A stretch of DNA of 64,000 bases. Origin: an uncultured Gemmatimonadaceae bacterium (GTDB lineage: Bacteria > Gemmatimonadota > Gemmatimonadetes > Gemmatimonadales > Gemmatimonadaceae). The notes below the pieces were generated by a model. The model was not told the DNA's origin. It did no database searches and was given only the letters and a program-made list of their open reading frames with translations. Below are positions 9,213 to 20,481 of this stretch, piece by piece; position 1 is the stretch's first letter, and each line of letters starts with the position of its first letter. Location: positions 672,001 to 736,000 of the forward strand of contig CAWFQK010000002.1 in assembly GCA_963817955.1 (NCBI GenBank), read 5' to 3'. The translations under genes and the position numbers were made by a program.

Positions 9213-12035
9213 TCACCCGTTCCGAATCAGCATTCCTTTCAAATACGCTCCGGTGTGCGACTCCGGTACCCTGGCCACTTGTTCCGGGGTACCCGCCGCG
9301 ACGACCGCGCCGCCACGATTGCCACCTTCCGGACCAAGGTCGATGATCCAATCCGCAGTCTTGATCACGTCGAGGTTATGCTCGATCACCAACACCGTGT
9401 TCCCGCGGTCGACCAAACGGTGCAGCACATCCAGCAGGACGCGCACATCCTCGAAATGCAGACCGGTGGTCGGCTCATCGAGGATGTAGAAGGTGCGTCC
9501 CGTATCGCGCTTCGAGAGCTCCGATGCCAGCTTCACGCGTTGCGCCTCGCCACCCGAAAGCGTCGTCGCGCTCTGACCGAGATGGATGTAGCCGAGCCCG
9601 ACGTCGGCGAGGGTCACCAGCTTCTGATGAATGCGCGGCTGGTTCTGGAAAAAGCCCACTCCGTCATCCACCGTGAGGTCGAGCACGTCGGAAATCGTGA
9701 GCCCGCGAAAGCGGACTTCGAGCGTCTCGCGATTGTAGCGCTTCCCCTTGCACACCTCGCACGGCACGTACACGTCCGGCAGGAAGTGCATCTCGATCTT
9801 GACGAGCCCGTCGCCCTGACACGCCTCGCAGCGGCCGCCCTTCACGTTGAACGAGAAGCGTCCGGGCCCATAGCCACGGATCTTCGCTTCGGGCAGCTCG
9901 GCAAACAGCTCGCGAATCGGCGTGAATAACCCGGTGTACGTCGCCGGATTCGATCGCGGTGTGCGGCCGATCGGGCTCTGGTCGATATCGATCACCTTGT
10001 CGATGTGCTCGAAGCCGGTGATCCGCGTATGGCCGCCTGGAATGACCCGCGCGCGATAGAAATGCCGTGCAAGCGCGCGATGCAGGATATCCTCGATCAG
10101 CGTCGACTTGCCCGAGCCCGATACGCCGGTGATGGCAACAAACAGCCCGAGCGGAATGTCCACGGTGAGATCGCGCAGGTTGTGTTCGCGCGCGCCCTCG
10201 ATGCGGATGACGCGGTGCGCCTCGATCGGACGACGCGTCGCCGGCATCGCGATCTTCAATTCGCCCGTCAAGAACTTCCCCGTAATCGAGGCGGGATTAC
10301 GCATGATCTCCTCGACGGTGCCGACGGCGATCACTTCGCCGCCATGCTTGCCGGCGCCGGGGCCGAGGTCGATCACGTGATCCGCCGCGCGCATCGTTTC
10401 CTCGTCGTGCTCGACGACGATCACGGTGTTCCCGAGGTCGCGGAGCTGCTCGAGCGTCGCCAGCAGACGGGCATTGTCCCGCTGATGCAGGCCGATGGAC
10501 GGTTCGTCGAGGATGTACAACACCCCGACGAGACGTGAGCCAATCTGCGTCGCGAGACGAATCCGTTGCGCCTCGCCACCCGAGAGCGACTCCGCGGAGC
10601 GACCAAGCGTGAGATACTCGAGGCCGACGTCGACGAGAAAGCGCAAGCGCTCGCGCACTTCCTTGAGAATTGGTCCGGCGATCTCCTGGTCGAGTCCGGG
10701 CACGCCATCGGATCGCACCGTGACACGCTCGAAGAACGACAACGTCTCCGTCACGGGCAGTTCCACGATCTCGCCGATATTGTGTCCCTGCACCGTCACC
10801 GCCAGCGACTCGCGCTTGAGGCGGCGACCGGCGCACACGCTGCATGGCACCTCGATCATGTACTCCTGCAGCTCGAGACGCACGGTGTCGGATTCCGACT
10901 CGTCGTAGCGGCGCTCGATGTTGGCGAGCACCCCCTCCCACTCGACACCGGTGGCCTTCCCGGTCTTCACTGCTTTCTTGTCACCGTACAAAATGCCGTC
11001 GCGCACGGGCTTCGGCAGCTCGCCCCACTGCGTGTTCAGATCGAACTTGAGCTGACGCGCCAACGCCGGGAGCACCACCTTCCGCAGATATCCGCTGGGC
11101 GCCCCCCACGGCAAGATCACGCCCTCGAGAATCGAGATACTGGGATGGCCAAGGATGAGCTGTTCGCTCACGCGCCGCCGCGTCCCAAGGCCACCGCATG
11201 CGGGGCAAGCGCCGAACGGCGAGTTGAACGAGAATTGGCGCGGCTCCAGCTCGGGCAGCGAGATCCCGCAGGTGGGGCAGCCGTACCGTTCAGAGAACAT
11301 CTCGACACTGCCGGTGTCGGCGTTGCTCACCTCGACGACGCCTTCGGCGAGCTTGAGCGCAGTCTCGACGGAATCGGCGAGGCGTGCGCGATCCTCCCCC
11401 CGGACGGCGAGGCGATCGACGATCGCGGAGATCGTGTGATTCTGCCGGCGGTTCAGTTTCGGCGGCGTCGCCAATTCGATCAGCTCACCGTCGACATAGG
11501 CGCGGATGAAGCCCTGCTTGCGCACCGTTTCGAACAGCTCCCGGAACTCGCCCTTGCGCCCCTGCACGAGCGGGGCGCGAATTTCGATGCGGGTGTCGCG
11601 TGGCCAGGTGAGGACCACGTCGGCGATCTGCGCCGCACTCTGCCGTTGCACGGGGCGGCCGCAGTTCGGGCAATGCGGCGTCCCTGCCCGCGCCCAGAGC
11701 AGTCGCAGATAATCGTAGATTTCAGTGACCGTGCCGACGGTCGACCGCGGGTTGTGTCCCGCCGACTTCTGCTCGATCGAGATGGCCGGTGACAGTCCTT
11801 CAATGGAGTCGACGTCCGGCTTCTCCATCAGGCCAAGAAACTGCCGCGCGTACGCCGAGAGCGACTCCACGTACCGCCGCTGCCCCTCGGCATAGATCGT
11901 GTCGAACGCCAACGACGACTTGCCCGATCCGGACAAGCCCGTAATGACAGTCAGTTTGTCTCTCGGAATCGTGACATCGATATTCCGGAGATTGTGCTCT
12001 CGAGCACCGCGTACGACCAGCGAGTCTTCTGCCAT
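9213..12035 (-). CDS. uvrA: Excinuclease ABC subunit A
   Basis: GAREHNL, two Walker A motifs ([16 protein letters not shown]), zinc fingers, LSGGEAQR x2. Confidence 0.98.
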   Translation of the reverse strand: MAEDSLVVRGAREHNLRNIDVTIPRDKLTVITGLSGSGKSSLAFDTIYAEGQRRYVESLSAYARQFLGLMEKPDVDSIEGLSPAISIEQKSAGHNPRSTVGTVTEIYDYLRLLWARAGTPHCPNCGRPVQRQSAAQIADVVLTWPRDTRIEIRAPLVQGRKGEFRELFETVRKQGFIRAYVDGELIELATPPKLNRRQNHTISAIVDRLAVRGEDRARLADSVETALKLAEGVVEVSNADTGSVEMFSERYGCPTCGISLPELEPRQFSFNSPFGACPACGGLGTRRRVSEQLILGHPSISILEGVILPWGAPSGYLRKVVLPALARQLKFDLNTQWGELPKPVRDGILYGDKKAVKTGKATGVEWEGVLANIERRYDESESDTVRLELQEYMIEVPCSVCAGRRLKRESLAVTVQGHNIGEIVELPVTETLSFFERVTVRSDGVPGLDQEIAGPILKEVRERLRFLVDVGLEYLTLGRSAESLSGGEAQRIRLATQIGSRLVGVLYILDEPSIGLHQRDNARLLATLEQLRDLGNTVIVVEHDEETMRAADHVIDLGPGAGKHGGEVIAVGTVEEIMRNPASITGKFLTGELKIAMPATRRPIEAHRVIRIEGAREHNLRDLTVDIPLGLFVAITGVSGSGKSTLIEDILHRALARHFYRARVIPGGHTRITGFEHIDKVIDIDQSPIGRTPRSNPATYTGLFTPIRELFAELPEAKIRGYGPGRFSFNVKGGRCEACQGDGLVKIEMHFLPDVYVPCEVCKGKRYNRETLEVRFRGLTISDVLDLTVDDGVGFFQNQPRIHQKLVTLADVGLGYIHLGQSATTLSGGEAQRVKLASELSKRDTGRTFYILDEPTTGLHFEDVRVLLDVLHRLVDRGNTVLVIEHNLDVIKTADWIIDLGPEGGNRGGAVVAAGTPEQVARVPESHTGAYLKGMLIRNG

Positions 12036-12091
12036 AGCCTGTGAAATTTCGGGACCAGACCGGGGCGAAACAAGGCGCTATATTGGCAGCT

Positions 12092-12427
12092 ATGCCCCAT
12101 ACAGACGCCATCGTCGTCCTGACCACTGTCGCAACCGACGAAGAAGCCGTGACATTCGTGCGCACGTTGCTCGACCGGCGGCTCATCGCCTGTGGTACCC
12201 TTTTCCCCGGAGCCCGTTCACTCTACCGCTGGCAGGGAAAGGTGGCAGATGAACGCGAAGTGGTGGTCATGCTCAAGACGCGCGCCGCGCGGCTCGATGC
12301 ACTGCGCGCTGCCTTCACGGAGCTACACCCCTACAAGGTTCCCGAACTGCTCACGCTTCCGGTCGAAGCCGGCTTGGACAAGTACCTCGAGTGGATCAAC
12401 GGCGAGACCACTCTCGCGCTGGCGTAA
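12092..12427 (+). CDS. cutA: Divalent cation tolerance protein CutA
   Basis: [27 protein letters not shown]. Confidence 0.92.
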   Translation: MPHTDAIVVLTTVATDEEAVTFVRTLLDRRLIACGTLFPGARSLYRWQGKVADEREVVVMLKTRAARLDALRAAFTELHPYKVPELLTLPVEAGLDKYLEWINGETTLALA

Positions 12428-12452
12428 TTCCTCTGACGTAGACGCAGAATAC

Positions 12453-12785
12453 ATGACGTTGAAGGCCGAAGACTCCGATGCAAGCACCCAACTCGAGCGT
12501 GGCAGGTCGCTCTGCCGGCACGCACGCTGGCGCGAAGCGATCGAACCGCTGCAACGGGCCGTAACACTCGATCCCAATCTCGTCGCCGCGCACTACCAAC
12601 TCGGCGACGCCTACAATCAGACGGATCGACTGGTGGAGGCTCTCGAGGCGTACGAAACCGCGGTCCGGCTGGAGCCGGAGAACTGGCGCGCACTCAAGGG
12701 CGTTGGGGTCGTGCTCGACCGCATGCGACGCCCACAAGAGGCCACGGCGGCATACCAGCGCGCGCGCGCGGCACAGCGGCGGTGA
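12453..12785 (+). CDS. Tetratricopeptide repeat protein
   Basis: TPR pattern (EAIEPLQRAVTLDP, AHYQLG, EAYETAVRLEP). Confidence 0.8.
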   Translation: MTLKAEDSDASTQLERGRSLCRHARWREAIEPLQRAVTLDPNLVAAHYQLGDAYNQTDRLVEALEAYETAVRLEPENWRALKGVGVVLDRMRRPQEATAAYQRARAAQRR

Positions 12786-14338
12786 TCAACCGGCGCGCGA
12801 TCGTCGGCGGGGCGATCGTTACCGCCTGGCTGATCGGCCTCGTGCTGCTCATTCAACGCGAATATTTTCGCCCTCAGCTCGAGCGTCTGGCTGAGGCAGC
12901 GACCCGCGTCACACCCGGCGCAGTGTATTACGGCGTCATGCAGGGCGACCGACAGATCGGCTTCGCGTCGTCCACCATCGACACCGCGGAAAAGTCGATG
13001 ACCGTGAGCGACTACCTCGTGGCCGACCTCCCAATGGGCGGCACGACGCACCGCGCCACCGCGCGCACCAACGTCACGCTCACGCGCGCGCTCCGGGTCA
13101 CCAAGTTCGATCTCGCGCTCGAGACCGAAGGGGCGCCGATCAATGCAACCGGCACCATCGAAGGCGATTCGGTGCTCGTGCTCGACATCACCGCTGGCAA
13201 GGAAAAGCCGGATACGCAGCGGATTGCCCTCTCCGGTCCGATTCTCTTGCCGACGCTCGTTCCGCTCGCCGTGGCGCTCGGGGAGCGGCCGACGGTGGGC
13301 AAACATTATCTGTTGCCCATCTTCGACCTGGCGAGCATGGCCCCAACGGACGTCGCCTTTGACGTCCGCGCCGAATCGCTGTTCGTCGTCAACGACAGTT
13401 CGGTCTACGATTCGACCAGCGCGCGCTGGCGGGGCGTGCTTCCCGACACCGTGCGCGCCTGGCAGGTGACCGCCCAGACGCGCGGCGGCTTTTCGGGTTG
13501 GATCGACGAGCAGGGGCGCATCGTGCAGACCATGCAGCTCGGCCTCGTACTGCGCCGCCTGCCCTACGAAGTTGCATTTGAGAACTGGAAAACAGCCCGC
13601 GCGCAGAAGGAAGTCGCCGAGAACCGCGACATCCTCGAAACGACGGCAATCGCCGCCAACAAGCGCATGGGCCACCGCATCGACGCGCTCACGGTACGAT
13701 TGTCGAACGTCAACCTGAGCGGATTCGATCTCACCGGCGGGCGCCAGCGGTTGGTGGGCGATACGCTGACGGTGACCGCCGAGCCGGCCACGGCGCTCGC
13801 CGCGACCTATACGCTCCCCGGCAACCACATCGATCCGGAGCACACGCGCCCCGAGCCGCTCATCCAGAGCGACGCCGTCGTCATTCGCCGCCTGGCGCGC
13901 CAGATCATTGGCGACGAACGTGATCCGCGAATCGCCGCCGAGCGGATCAACACGTGGGTTCACGACTCCATCACCGATCGCATCACGGTCGGTGTACCCA
14001 GCGCGATTCAGGTCTGGACGCGCCGCACCGGCGACTGCAACGAGCACACGCAGTTGTTCGTGGCGCTTGCGCGTGCGGCGGGCATTCCGGCGCGCATCGA
14101 TGCCGGACTCGCGTACGTCAACGGTAAGTTCTATTACCACGCCTGGCCCGAAGTGCTGCTCGATGGCTGGATCGCTGTCGATCCAACGTTCGGCCAATTT
14201 CCCGCAGATGCCGCTCACCTCCGTTTCGTCGTTGGAGGTCTGGCGCGTCAGACGGAACTGCTCCGGCTGATGGGTAATCTCAAGATCGACGTGTTGTCGG
14301 TGAACGGATCCGCAGCCCGATCGAGCACTCTCAAATGA
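12782..14338 (+). CDS. Membrane-anchored transglutaminase-like protein
   Basis: N-terminal TM; GDCNEH...YHAWPEV...DPTFGQ (Cys-His-Asp triad). Confidence 0.9.
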   Translation: MINRRAIVGGAIVTAWLIGLVLLIQREYFRPQLERLAEAATRVTPGAVYYGVMQGDRQIGFASSTIDTAEKSMTVSDYLVADLPMGGTTHRATARTNVTLTRALRVTKFDLALETEGAPINATGTIEGDSVLVLDITAGKEKPDTQRIALSGPILLPTLVPLAVALGERPTVGKHYLLPIFDLASMAPTDVAFDVRAESLFVVNDSSVYDSTSARWRGVLPDTVRAWQVTAQTRGGFSGWIDEQGRIVQTMQLGLVLRRLPYEVAFENWKTARAQKEVAENRDILETTAIAANKRMGHRIDALTVRLSNVNLSGFDLTGGRQRLVGDTLTVTAEPATALAATYTLPGNHIDPEHTRPEPLIQSDAVVIRRLARQIIGDERDPRIAAERINTWVHDSITDRITVGVPSAIQVWTRRTGDCNEHTQLFVALARAAGIPARIDAGLAYVNGKFYYHAWPEVLLDGWIAVDPTFGQFPADAAHLRFVVGGLARQTELLRLMGNLKIDVLSVNGSAARSSTLK

Positions 14339-15093
14339 TCAAGCTCACGAATCTCACGAAGCGCTACGGCGGCTTCACGGCCGTGAATGCGATCGCTCTC
14401 GACGTGCCGCGCGGCGAATTGTTCGGTTTCCTCGGCCCGAACGGCGCGGGCAAGACGACCACACTGCGCCTCATCGCCGGCATTCTCCGACCAACCAGCG
14501 GAACGATCGAGATTGGAGGCGTGAATCTCGCCGCCGACCCCATCAGAGCGAAGAGCAAACTCGGTTTCATCCCCGACCGACCCTTCATCTACGAGAAGCT
14601 CACCGGAGCTGAGTTTCTGCGCTTCGTCGCCGGGCTGTACAACCAGCAAGGCGCCCAGGTGGAGCACCGCGCGCGCGAACTGCTCGCGTTGTTCGACCTC
14701 GAGGAATGGCGCGATGAGTTGGTCGAGAGTTACAGCCACGGCATGCGACAGAAGCTGATCATCGCCAGCGCGTTCGTACACCGGCCGGAGGTGATCGTCG
14801 TCGACGAACCGATGATCGGCCTCGATCCCAAGGCGGCGCGCATCCTCAAGGATCTGTTCCGCGAGTATACCCGTCGCGGACACACGATCATGATGTCGAC
14901 GCACACCATGGAAGTGGCGGAAGCGCTGTGCGATCGCATCGCGATCATCCAGAGCGGCGTCATCCGCGCCTGTGGCACAATGGAGCAACTGCGCGCGAAC
15001 GCCGAGGCGGGCGCGACAGGCCTCGAGCAGATCTTCCTGCGCTTGACGGGAGAGAACGCCGCCCGTGCTCTGGTCGACGTGCTCGATGCGTGA
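14335..15093 (+). CDS. ABC transporter ATP-binding protein
   Basis: GPNGAGKTT, YSHGMRQK, IVVDEP, STH. Confidence 0.95.
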   Translation: MIKLTNLTKRYGGFTAVNAIALDVPRGELFGFLGPNGAGKTTTLRLIAGILRPTSGTIEIGGVNLAADPIRAKSKLGFIPDRPFIYEKLTGAEFLRFVAGLYNQQGAQVEHRARELLALFDLEEWRDELVESYSHGMRQKLIIASAFVHRPEVIVVDEPMIGLDPKAARILKDLFREYTRRGHTIMMSTHTMEVAEALCDRIAIIQSGVIRACGTMEQLRANAEAGATGLEQIFLRLTGENAARALVDVLDA

Positions 15094-16825
15094 CCCAGTG
15101 AGCGCGGCGATGGCTCCAGCCTCCGCCGCTTCCGGGCCGCCGTTGCCGAATCCGTCAACCGCGCACCTGCTCATGCCCAAGTGGCTCACGGCGCGCGCGC
15201 GCGCCGTGTCGGAGGAGCGCGGTCATGGGTTGCGCATGTTCTTTCTCGGCGTGTTTGGCCTCGGGTTCTGGGCGTTCATCTTCCTCATGCTGTACCGCCT
15301 GCTTCGCTACTTTCGCGGCGTACCGGAGATTGGTCCGCTGCTCGCCGGAAAGTTGCTCGGCTTGATCCTGGTGGGCTTCTTCTCGATTCTGCTGCTGTCG
15401 AATGTCATCACGGCGCTGTCGAGCTTCTTTCTCGCGCGCGATCTCGACCTGCTCGTCTCGGCGCCGGTCGATTGGCTCAATCTGTATCTCGCCAAGCTGC
15501 TCGAGACGATGGTGCACTCGAGCTGGATGGTGGTCCTGATGGCGGTGCCGATGTTTGCTGCGTACGGCGTGGTGTATGCGGGCGGCCCGCTGTTTCCCCT
15601 CGTTGTGCTCGTCACCTTCGTGCCGTTTCTCGTCGTGCCGGCGGTGATCGGCAGCGCGATCACCTTGTTGCTCGTGAACGTCTTTCCGGCGCGCCGCACT
15701 CGCGACATTCTCAGCGTCATTGCCGTGCTCGCGGCAGGCGGTGTCGTGGTGCTCTTCAGGCTCGTGCGGCCCGAGCGGCTGGCGCGTCCCGAAGGCTTTC
15801 GGTCGCTCGTGGACTTCATCACCCTCCTCCGCGGACCCACGTCGCCCATGCTGCCGAGCGAATGGGTGCAGCACGCAGTGATGTCGTGGGTGAGCGGGCG
15901 TACCCAATGGCTGCCGTTCTATCTGCTGTGGTCCACCGCCGCTGCGGCACTCGTGATTGGCGCCGTGATGCACCGATGGTTGTATGCCATGGGATTCAGC
16001 AAGGCGCAGGAGAGCGCGGAGCGCTGGGTGCGCAGCGGTGCCATGGCGCGCCTGGGTCGTGCATGCCTCGGTCCCCTCGGCGTCGTCCGCCGCGAGCTCG
16101 TGCTGAAAGAGGTGCGCCTCTTCTTCCGCGACACCACGCAATGGTCGCAGCTCATTCTGCTCGCCGTCCTCGTGATGGTTTACGTCTTCAACGTCAAGTT
16201 TCTCCCGCTCCGCGGAGAAGGCATGACCTTCTTCCTCGTGAACGTCGTGCCGTTTCTGAACCTCGTGCTCGCCGGCTTCGTGCTCGCGTCGATCGCCGCG
16301 CGGTTCATTTTCCCCGGAGTCAGCCTCGAGGGGCGCACCTTCTGGCTGCTGCGCTCGAGTCCGATGTCGATGCGCGAGCTGCTCTGGTCGAAGTTCTGGG
16401 TCGGCACGCTGCCGCTGCTGATCCTGGCGTTGGCGATCGTCGGAATCACGGATTACCTCCTGCAAGTCAGCAGCTTCATGTTCGCGGTATCAATCCTCAC
16501 GATCACGCTCATGACGATGGCCGTCGCGGGTCTGGCGATCGGGTTCGGGACGATGTTTCCACAGTTCGAGACCGAGAACGCGGCGCAGATTCCGACGTCG
16601 TTCGGCGGGCTCGTGTTCATGATGAGCTCCATCGCGCTCATTGGCGGCGTGGTGATCCTCGAAGCGCGCCCGGTCTATTCTTACCTTGGGGCGCAGGCAT
16701 TCGGCACACCGGCAAATCCGATGGAAATGATCATCGGATTTGGCATGGCCGTGATCCTCTGCGGGGCAGCTACCCTGGTGCCGATCGGGGTGGCTCTCCG
16801 GCGTCTGGAAACGATCGAGCGGTAG
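15086..16825 (+). CDS. Putative ABC exporter permease (duplicated ABC-2-like)
   Basis: Many TM helices; SLEGRTFWLLRSSP motif; overlaps ATPase stop. Confidence 0.88.
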   Translation: MRDPVSAAMAPASAASGPPLPNPSTAHLLMPKWLTARARAVSEERGHGLRMFFLGVFGLGFWAFIFLMLYRLLRYFRGVPEIGPLLAGKLLGLILVGFFSILLLSNVITALSSFFLARDLDLLVSAPVDWLNLYLAKLLETMVHSSWMVVLMAVPMFAAYGVVYAGGPLFPLVVLVTFVPFLVVPAVIGSAITLLLVNVFPARRTRDILSVIAVLAAGGVVVLFRLVRPERLARPEGFRSLVDFITLLRGPTSPMLPSEWVQHAVMSWVSGRTQWLPFYLLWSTAAAALVIGAVMHRWLYAMGFSKAQESAERWVRSGAMARLGRACLGPLGVVRRELVLKEVRLFFRDTTQWSQLILLAVLVMVYVFNVKFLPLRGEGMTFFLVNVVPFLNLVLAGFVLASIAARFIFPGVSLEGRTFWLLRSSPMSMRELLWSKFWVGTLPLLILALAIVGITDYLLQVSSFMFAVSILTITLMTMAVAGLAIGFGTMFPQFETENAAQIPTSFGGLVFMMSSIALIGGVVILEARPVYSYLGAQAFGTPANPMEMIIGFGMAVILCGAATLVPIGVALRRLETIER

Positions 16826-16984
16826 GGGCCCCAGTCTACCTTCCGTCCAGTGTGACGCTGCGCCAGGTGCCGGGGTGTCTTACTCGGAATCCCGATCCCT
16901 CGGGACGCCTTCAGTCGATTAGACCCGCTCGCCACCGATCGTGTGTAGGACGAGCCGATCGCCCCCCATTAGGAGAAACCTCAG

Positions 16985-17317
16985 ATGAAGCGTTTGTCGA
17001 TCGCTATCGCCGCGCTGTTGATCGCCGGCACGCAACTCCACGCCCAGGATACCGCAAAGAAGGTCACGCCAGCTGGTGCCGCCAAGGCCACCACCAAGGC
17101 TGCGGGCAAGGCCGCTGCCACCAAGACCGCTGCCACCAAGACGGACGCCAAGGTAGCTACGAAGGCCGCCACGGCCGCCACGACGGAAGCCCCGGCTGCA
17201 ACCGCCGCCGCCACCGCTGCTCCAAAGACCGGCGTCAAGGCAGCAAGCACCAAGACAGGCACGAAGGGCAAGAAGACCGCTGCCGCCGCGAAGGATACGA
17301 CAGCGAAAAAGCCGTAA
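16985..17317 (+). CDS. Secreted Ala/Lys/Thr-rich low-complexity protein
   Basis: AGGAG RBS; signal peptide MKRLSIAIAALLIAGTQLHA-QD; AATK repeats. Confidence 0.75.
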   Translation: MKRLSIAIAALLIAGTQLHAQDTAKKVTPAGAAKATTKAAGKAAATKTAATKTDAKVATKAATAATTEAPAATAAATAAPKTGVKAASTKTGTKGKKTAAAAKDTTAKKP

Positions 17318-17339
17318 CGCTCACTGCTTCACCGGCGGG

Positions 17340-17828
17340 TCAAGCCCCGAGCGGGCTCCCGCAGGTCTCGCAGTACCGCGCGTCATGCGCCACGACAGGT
17401 GCGCCGCAACCGGCGCACCTGTCGTGTAAGTACCGGCCGCAGCCCGAGCAGAACGCGGCATCCGATTCCGGACGTGGACCGCACGTCGGACACGTGGGGT
17501 GGCGTTCCCGAAACACGCTCACCGCCACCTCGATCTCGTCATCGCTCGGCGCCGCCGTCACGACGGGACTGTTCGCTTCGCGGCGCATGGCCACCACCGC
17601 CTGCTGCGTGTACCGCGCTCTCAGTTCGGCATAGTCTGTGTCCGACAATTTGCCCGTGGCCCGGTCGAACTCGATCTCGCGCAACGCGGTCACCGCCTCA
17701 TCGCGCTCGCTCATGCGCGGAGCGACCGCGGCATAGTGCCGTACGCTCGTCGTGCCGAAAAACAGTGGGTAGAGCACGAACGCCAGCGCACCGACCGCGA
17801 GCAGGCTTCCGATCAGCAAGGCGGTCAT
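17340..17828 (-). CDS. CcmI-like N-terminus plus double zinc ribbon protein
   Basis: TM, LREIEFDRATGKLSDTDY, four CxxC pairs; last gene of ccm cluster. Confidence 0.8.
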   Translation of the reverse strand: MTALLIGSLLAVGALAFVLYPLFFGTTSVRHYAAVAPRMSERDEAVTALREIEFDRATGKLSDTDYAELRARYTQQAVVAMRREANSPVVTAAPSDDEIEVAVSVFRERHPTCPTCGPRPESDAAFCSGCGRYLHDRCAGCGAPVVAHDARYCETCGSPLGA

Positions 17829-18445
17829 CAGGCGTCATCTCCTTTCACTGCTGCGTCGAGTCGTTCCAGCTCGTCCAGCGTCGCGTCGCTCGTCGTGGGG
17901 TGGGCGACGATCTGCTCTCGACGCTCGGCGCCCCACCGCCGAAGCATCAAGGCGAGGGCGCCGCCGCCAACGATGACCGCGAGACCCGGAGTGACCCAGG
18001 CCAGCAGGTTGAAACCGGATTTTTTCGGCGCCATGAGAGCACGTTCACCGTAGGCGCCGACAAAGGCGTCGATGATCTCCTGCCCCGTGTATCCACCCTG
18101 CACGAGCGCCATGATGTCGCGGTGCATGGCCGGTGAGACCTGACAGGAAAAATCCGTCGTGCGGCAAGTGAACACGTCGAGCGTGCAGCCACACTGGCAG
18201 CGGATATGAGTCTCGACCTCGTCGCGCTGATCGTTCGTCATCGACGGAACAGCATTCGGCTTGGGCGGAAGCTGTACCGAGCGCGCCGCACCCTGGTCCA
18301 TCGCGAACAGGTTCGTCGTATCACGCACGACGCTGGAGTCGTGCATCACCATGCCGCGCTGTTGTGCGCTGGCGACGCGCGCCCCGCCGATCACTGCCGC
18401 AGTACCGCCGGCGACGCGGGCCAGAAAATCACGACGCGACGTCAT
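17828..18445 (-). CDS. ccmH: Cytochrome c biogenesis protein CcmH-like, twin-arginine signal
   Basis: MTSRRDFL; IRCQCGC...SCQVS; EIIDAFVGAYGERALMAP; C-terminal TM. Confidence 0.85.
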   Translation of the reverse strand: MTSRRDFLARVAGGTAAVIGGARVASAQQRGMVMHDSSVVRDTTNLFAMDQGAARSVQLPPKPNAVPSMTNDQRDEVETHIRCQCGCTLDVFTCRTTDFSCQVSPAMHRDIMALVQGGYTGQEIIDAFVGAYGERALMAPKKSGFNLLAWVTPGLAVIVGGGALALMLRRWGAERREQIVAHPTTSDATLDELERLDAAVKGDDA

Positions 18446-20481
18446 ACGCTCACCGGCAGTTCGGTTGCCATCGCCGGGGATGGGGGCATCACCGCGGCAT
18501 ACCCGGGTTGTGCGCGCCGACGCTCGGCCTGCGGCCACATCACGACGAGGCCGCCAATGGTCATGAGGTACCCGCCAATCCAGACCCACATCACCAGGGG
18601 ATTGAAGGTGACGCGCAGCTCCGCTGTGTCGCTGCCACGCACCCCGGCGAGCACCACATAGGTGTCGAGCTTGGGCGTGGAATGAATACCAACCGCGGTG
18701 ATTGGCTGGAACAGCGGGTTGCGCTGCGAGTCGAAGTACTGCCGCTTTTCGCTCGTGATGATCCCTTGGCGCTTCCCGTCCTTGTATGTCTCCAGTCCCA
18801 CTCCCACGACATCGCGGTCGACGCGGCTGGACGTGGACACGCCCTGGCTCACGAAGCGCCACTGGTGGCCGTACGGGTCGCGCACGTCATATGCCTCGCC
18901 GGTCTTCAGCGTCACGTCATGCTCGGTCTTGAACGCCATCCCCGAGAACGCGGCGAAGAGCATGACGACGCCTGCATGCACGATGTATCCGCCATACCGC
19001 CGTCGGTTGCGCGCCACGAGCCGAACGAACGCGATGATGAAACCCTCGCTGTGAATCACCTGCCGCGCGCGCATTCCCTTGTAGAACTCCTGCACGATGG
19101 TGCCCGCGACGAAGGCGCACAGTGCGTACGTCATGAGCGGATAGAACGCGCGCATGCCGAGGGCGAGGAGTGCCGCGGCCACGATCAGCCCGAACACGGC
19201 GGGCGCGGCGAACTGCCGCTGCAAATTCGACACAGACGCCTTGCGCCACGCGATCAGCGGTCCAACGCCCGTGAGTGCTAGCAGCAAGAGACCCAGCGGC
19301 ACGTTGACGCTGTTGAAGAATGGCGGGCCCACGGTGATCTTATTGTGACGCACCCATTCGGAGATGATCGGAAAAACGGTCCCCCAGAGTACGGCGAACG
19401 AGACCCCGCAGAGCAGCAGATTGTTGTACAGGAACGCTGCCTCTCGACTGACCATGCTCTCGAGCTCAGCCTTCGCTTCCAGATCCCGAAGGCGCGTGGC
19501 AACGAGATAGATCGTGATCCCCGTGGACAAGAAGAAGAACGCGGCGAACCACGGACCCACCGGCGATTCGGCGAACGAGTGCACGCTCTCGATGACGCCG
19601 CTGCGCGTGATGAACGTGCCGAAGATTGCGAGCAGGAAGCTCACCACGACCAGGACCACGTTCCACTTCCGCAGCATGCCCCGCTTTTCCTGCACCATGA
19701 TCGAGTGCAGGAATGCCGTGGTCGTGAGCCATGGAAGCAGCGACGAGTTCTCCACCGGATCCCACGCCCAGTAGCCGCCCCACCCGAGCTCGACGTACGC
19801 CCACCACATGCCGAGCACGATACCAACCGTGAGGAAGAACCACGACACCAGCGCCCAGCGCCGAACCGCCCCAAGCCACTCCGCGTCGAGCCGGCGGGTG
19901 AACAGCGCGGCGATCGCGAAGGCGAATGGGACTGCCGTCGCCACATACCCGAGGTACAGACTGGGCGGATGGAACGCCATGCCCGGGTTCTGTAGCTGCG
20001 GATTCATCCCCTGGCCATCGATCGGCGTGAAATCGAGCCGAGCGAAGGGGTTCGCCTTGAGGCAGATCGTGAGGATGAAGAACAGCAACACCGCGGAGAG
20101 CGTGCCCGTCGCCCATGGCACGAGCTCGCGATTGCGCTTACGGCTCGTGGCGATCGCGAGCGTCCCGTACATCGACAGGATCAACGCCCAGAAGAGCAGC
20201 GATCCCTGTTGACCGCTCCAGAACGCGGTGAAGATGTAGGCGTTCGGCATGTTCGCGCTGATGTGGCTCGCGACGTACTCCACCGAGAAGTCGCGCGACA
20301 ACATCGCCGTCCACAACCCCACCGATGCCAGCACGACCATCGCGAACGTCATGTACAGCCCGCGAACGCCGCTGTCGATCAAGTCATCGCGGCGCAGGGT
20401 ACCGCCCGCGAACGATACCGTCGTAGACCACGCTGCCATCAGCAGCGCAACCCAGAGCGACAACTCACCAATCAATGTCAC
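18442..20481 (-). CDS. ccmF: Heme lyase CcmF/NrfE
   Basis: WSGQQGSLLFW, GMNPQLQ, WGGYWAWDPVEN, RSGVIESVHSF. Confidence 0.97.
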   Translation of the reverse strand: MTLIGELSLWVALLMAAWSTTVSFAGGTLRRDDLIDSGVRGLYMTFAMVVLASVGLWTAMLSRDFSVEYVASHISANMPNAYIFTAFWSGQQGSLLFWALILSMYGTLAIATSRKRNRELVPWATGTLSAVLLFFILTICLKANPFARLDFTPIDGQGMNPQLQNPGMAFHPPSLYLGYVATAVPFAFAIAALFTRRLDAEWLGAVRRWALVSWFFLTVGIVLGMWWAYVELGWGGYWAWDPVENSSLLPWLTTTAFLHSIMVQEKRGMLRKWNVVLVVVSFLLAIFGTFITRSGVIESVHSFAESPVGPWFAAFFFLSTGITIYLVATRLRDLEAKAELESMVSREAAFLYNNLLLCGVSFAVLWGTVFPIISEWVRHNKITVGPPFFNSVNVPLGLLLLALTGVGPLIAWRKASVSNLQRQFAAPAVFGLIVAAALLALGMRAFYPLMTYALCAFVAGTIVQEFYKGMRARQVIHSEGFIIAFVRLVARNRRRYGGYIVHAGVVMLFAAFSGMAFKTEHDVTLKTGEAYDVRDPYGHQWRFVSQGVSTSSRVDRDVVGVGLETYKDGKRQGIITSEKRQYFDSQRNPLFQPITAVGIHSTPKLDTYVVLAGVRGSDTAELRVTFNPLVMWVWIGGYLMTIGGLVVMWPQAERRRAQPGYAAVMPPSPAMATELPVSV

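Noticed and set aside
15181..17634. 817-aa ORF and many other long overlapping or antisense ORFs
   Set aside because: Arg-rich shadow frames typical of high-GC DNA overlapping well-supported genes
17828..18862. 344-aa CcmH
   Set aside because: N-terminal part overlaps ccmF; the ATGA-coupled start at 18445 gives a proper signal peptide
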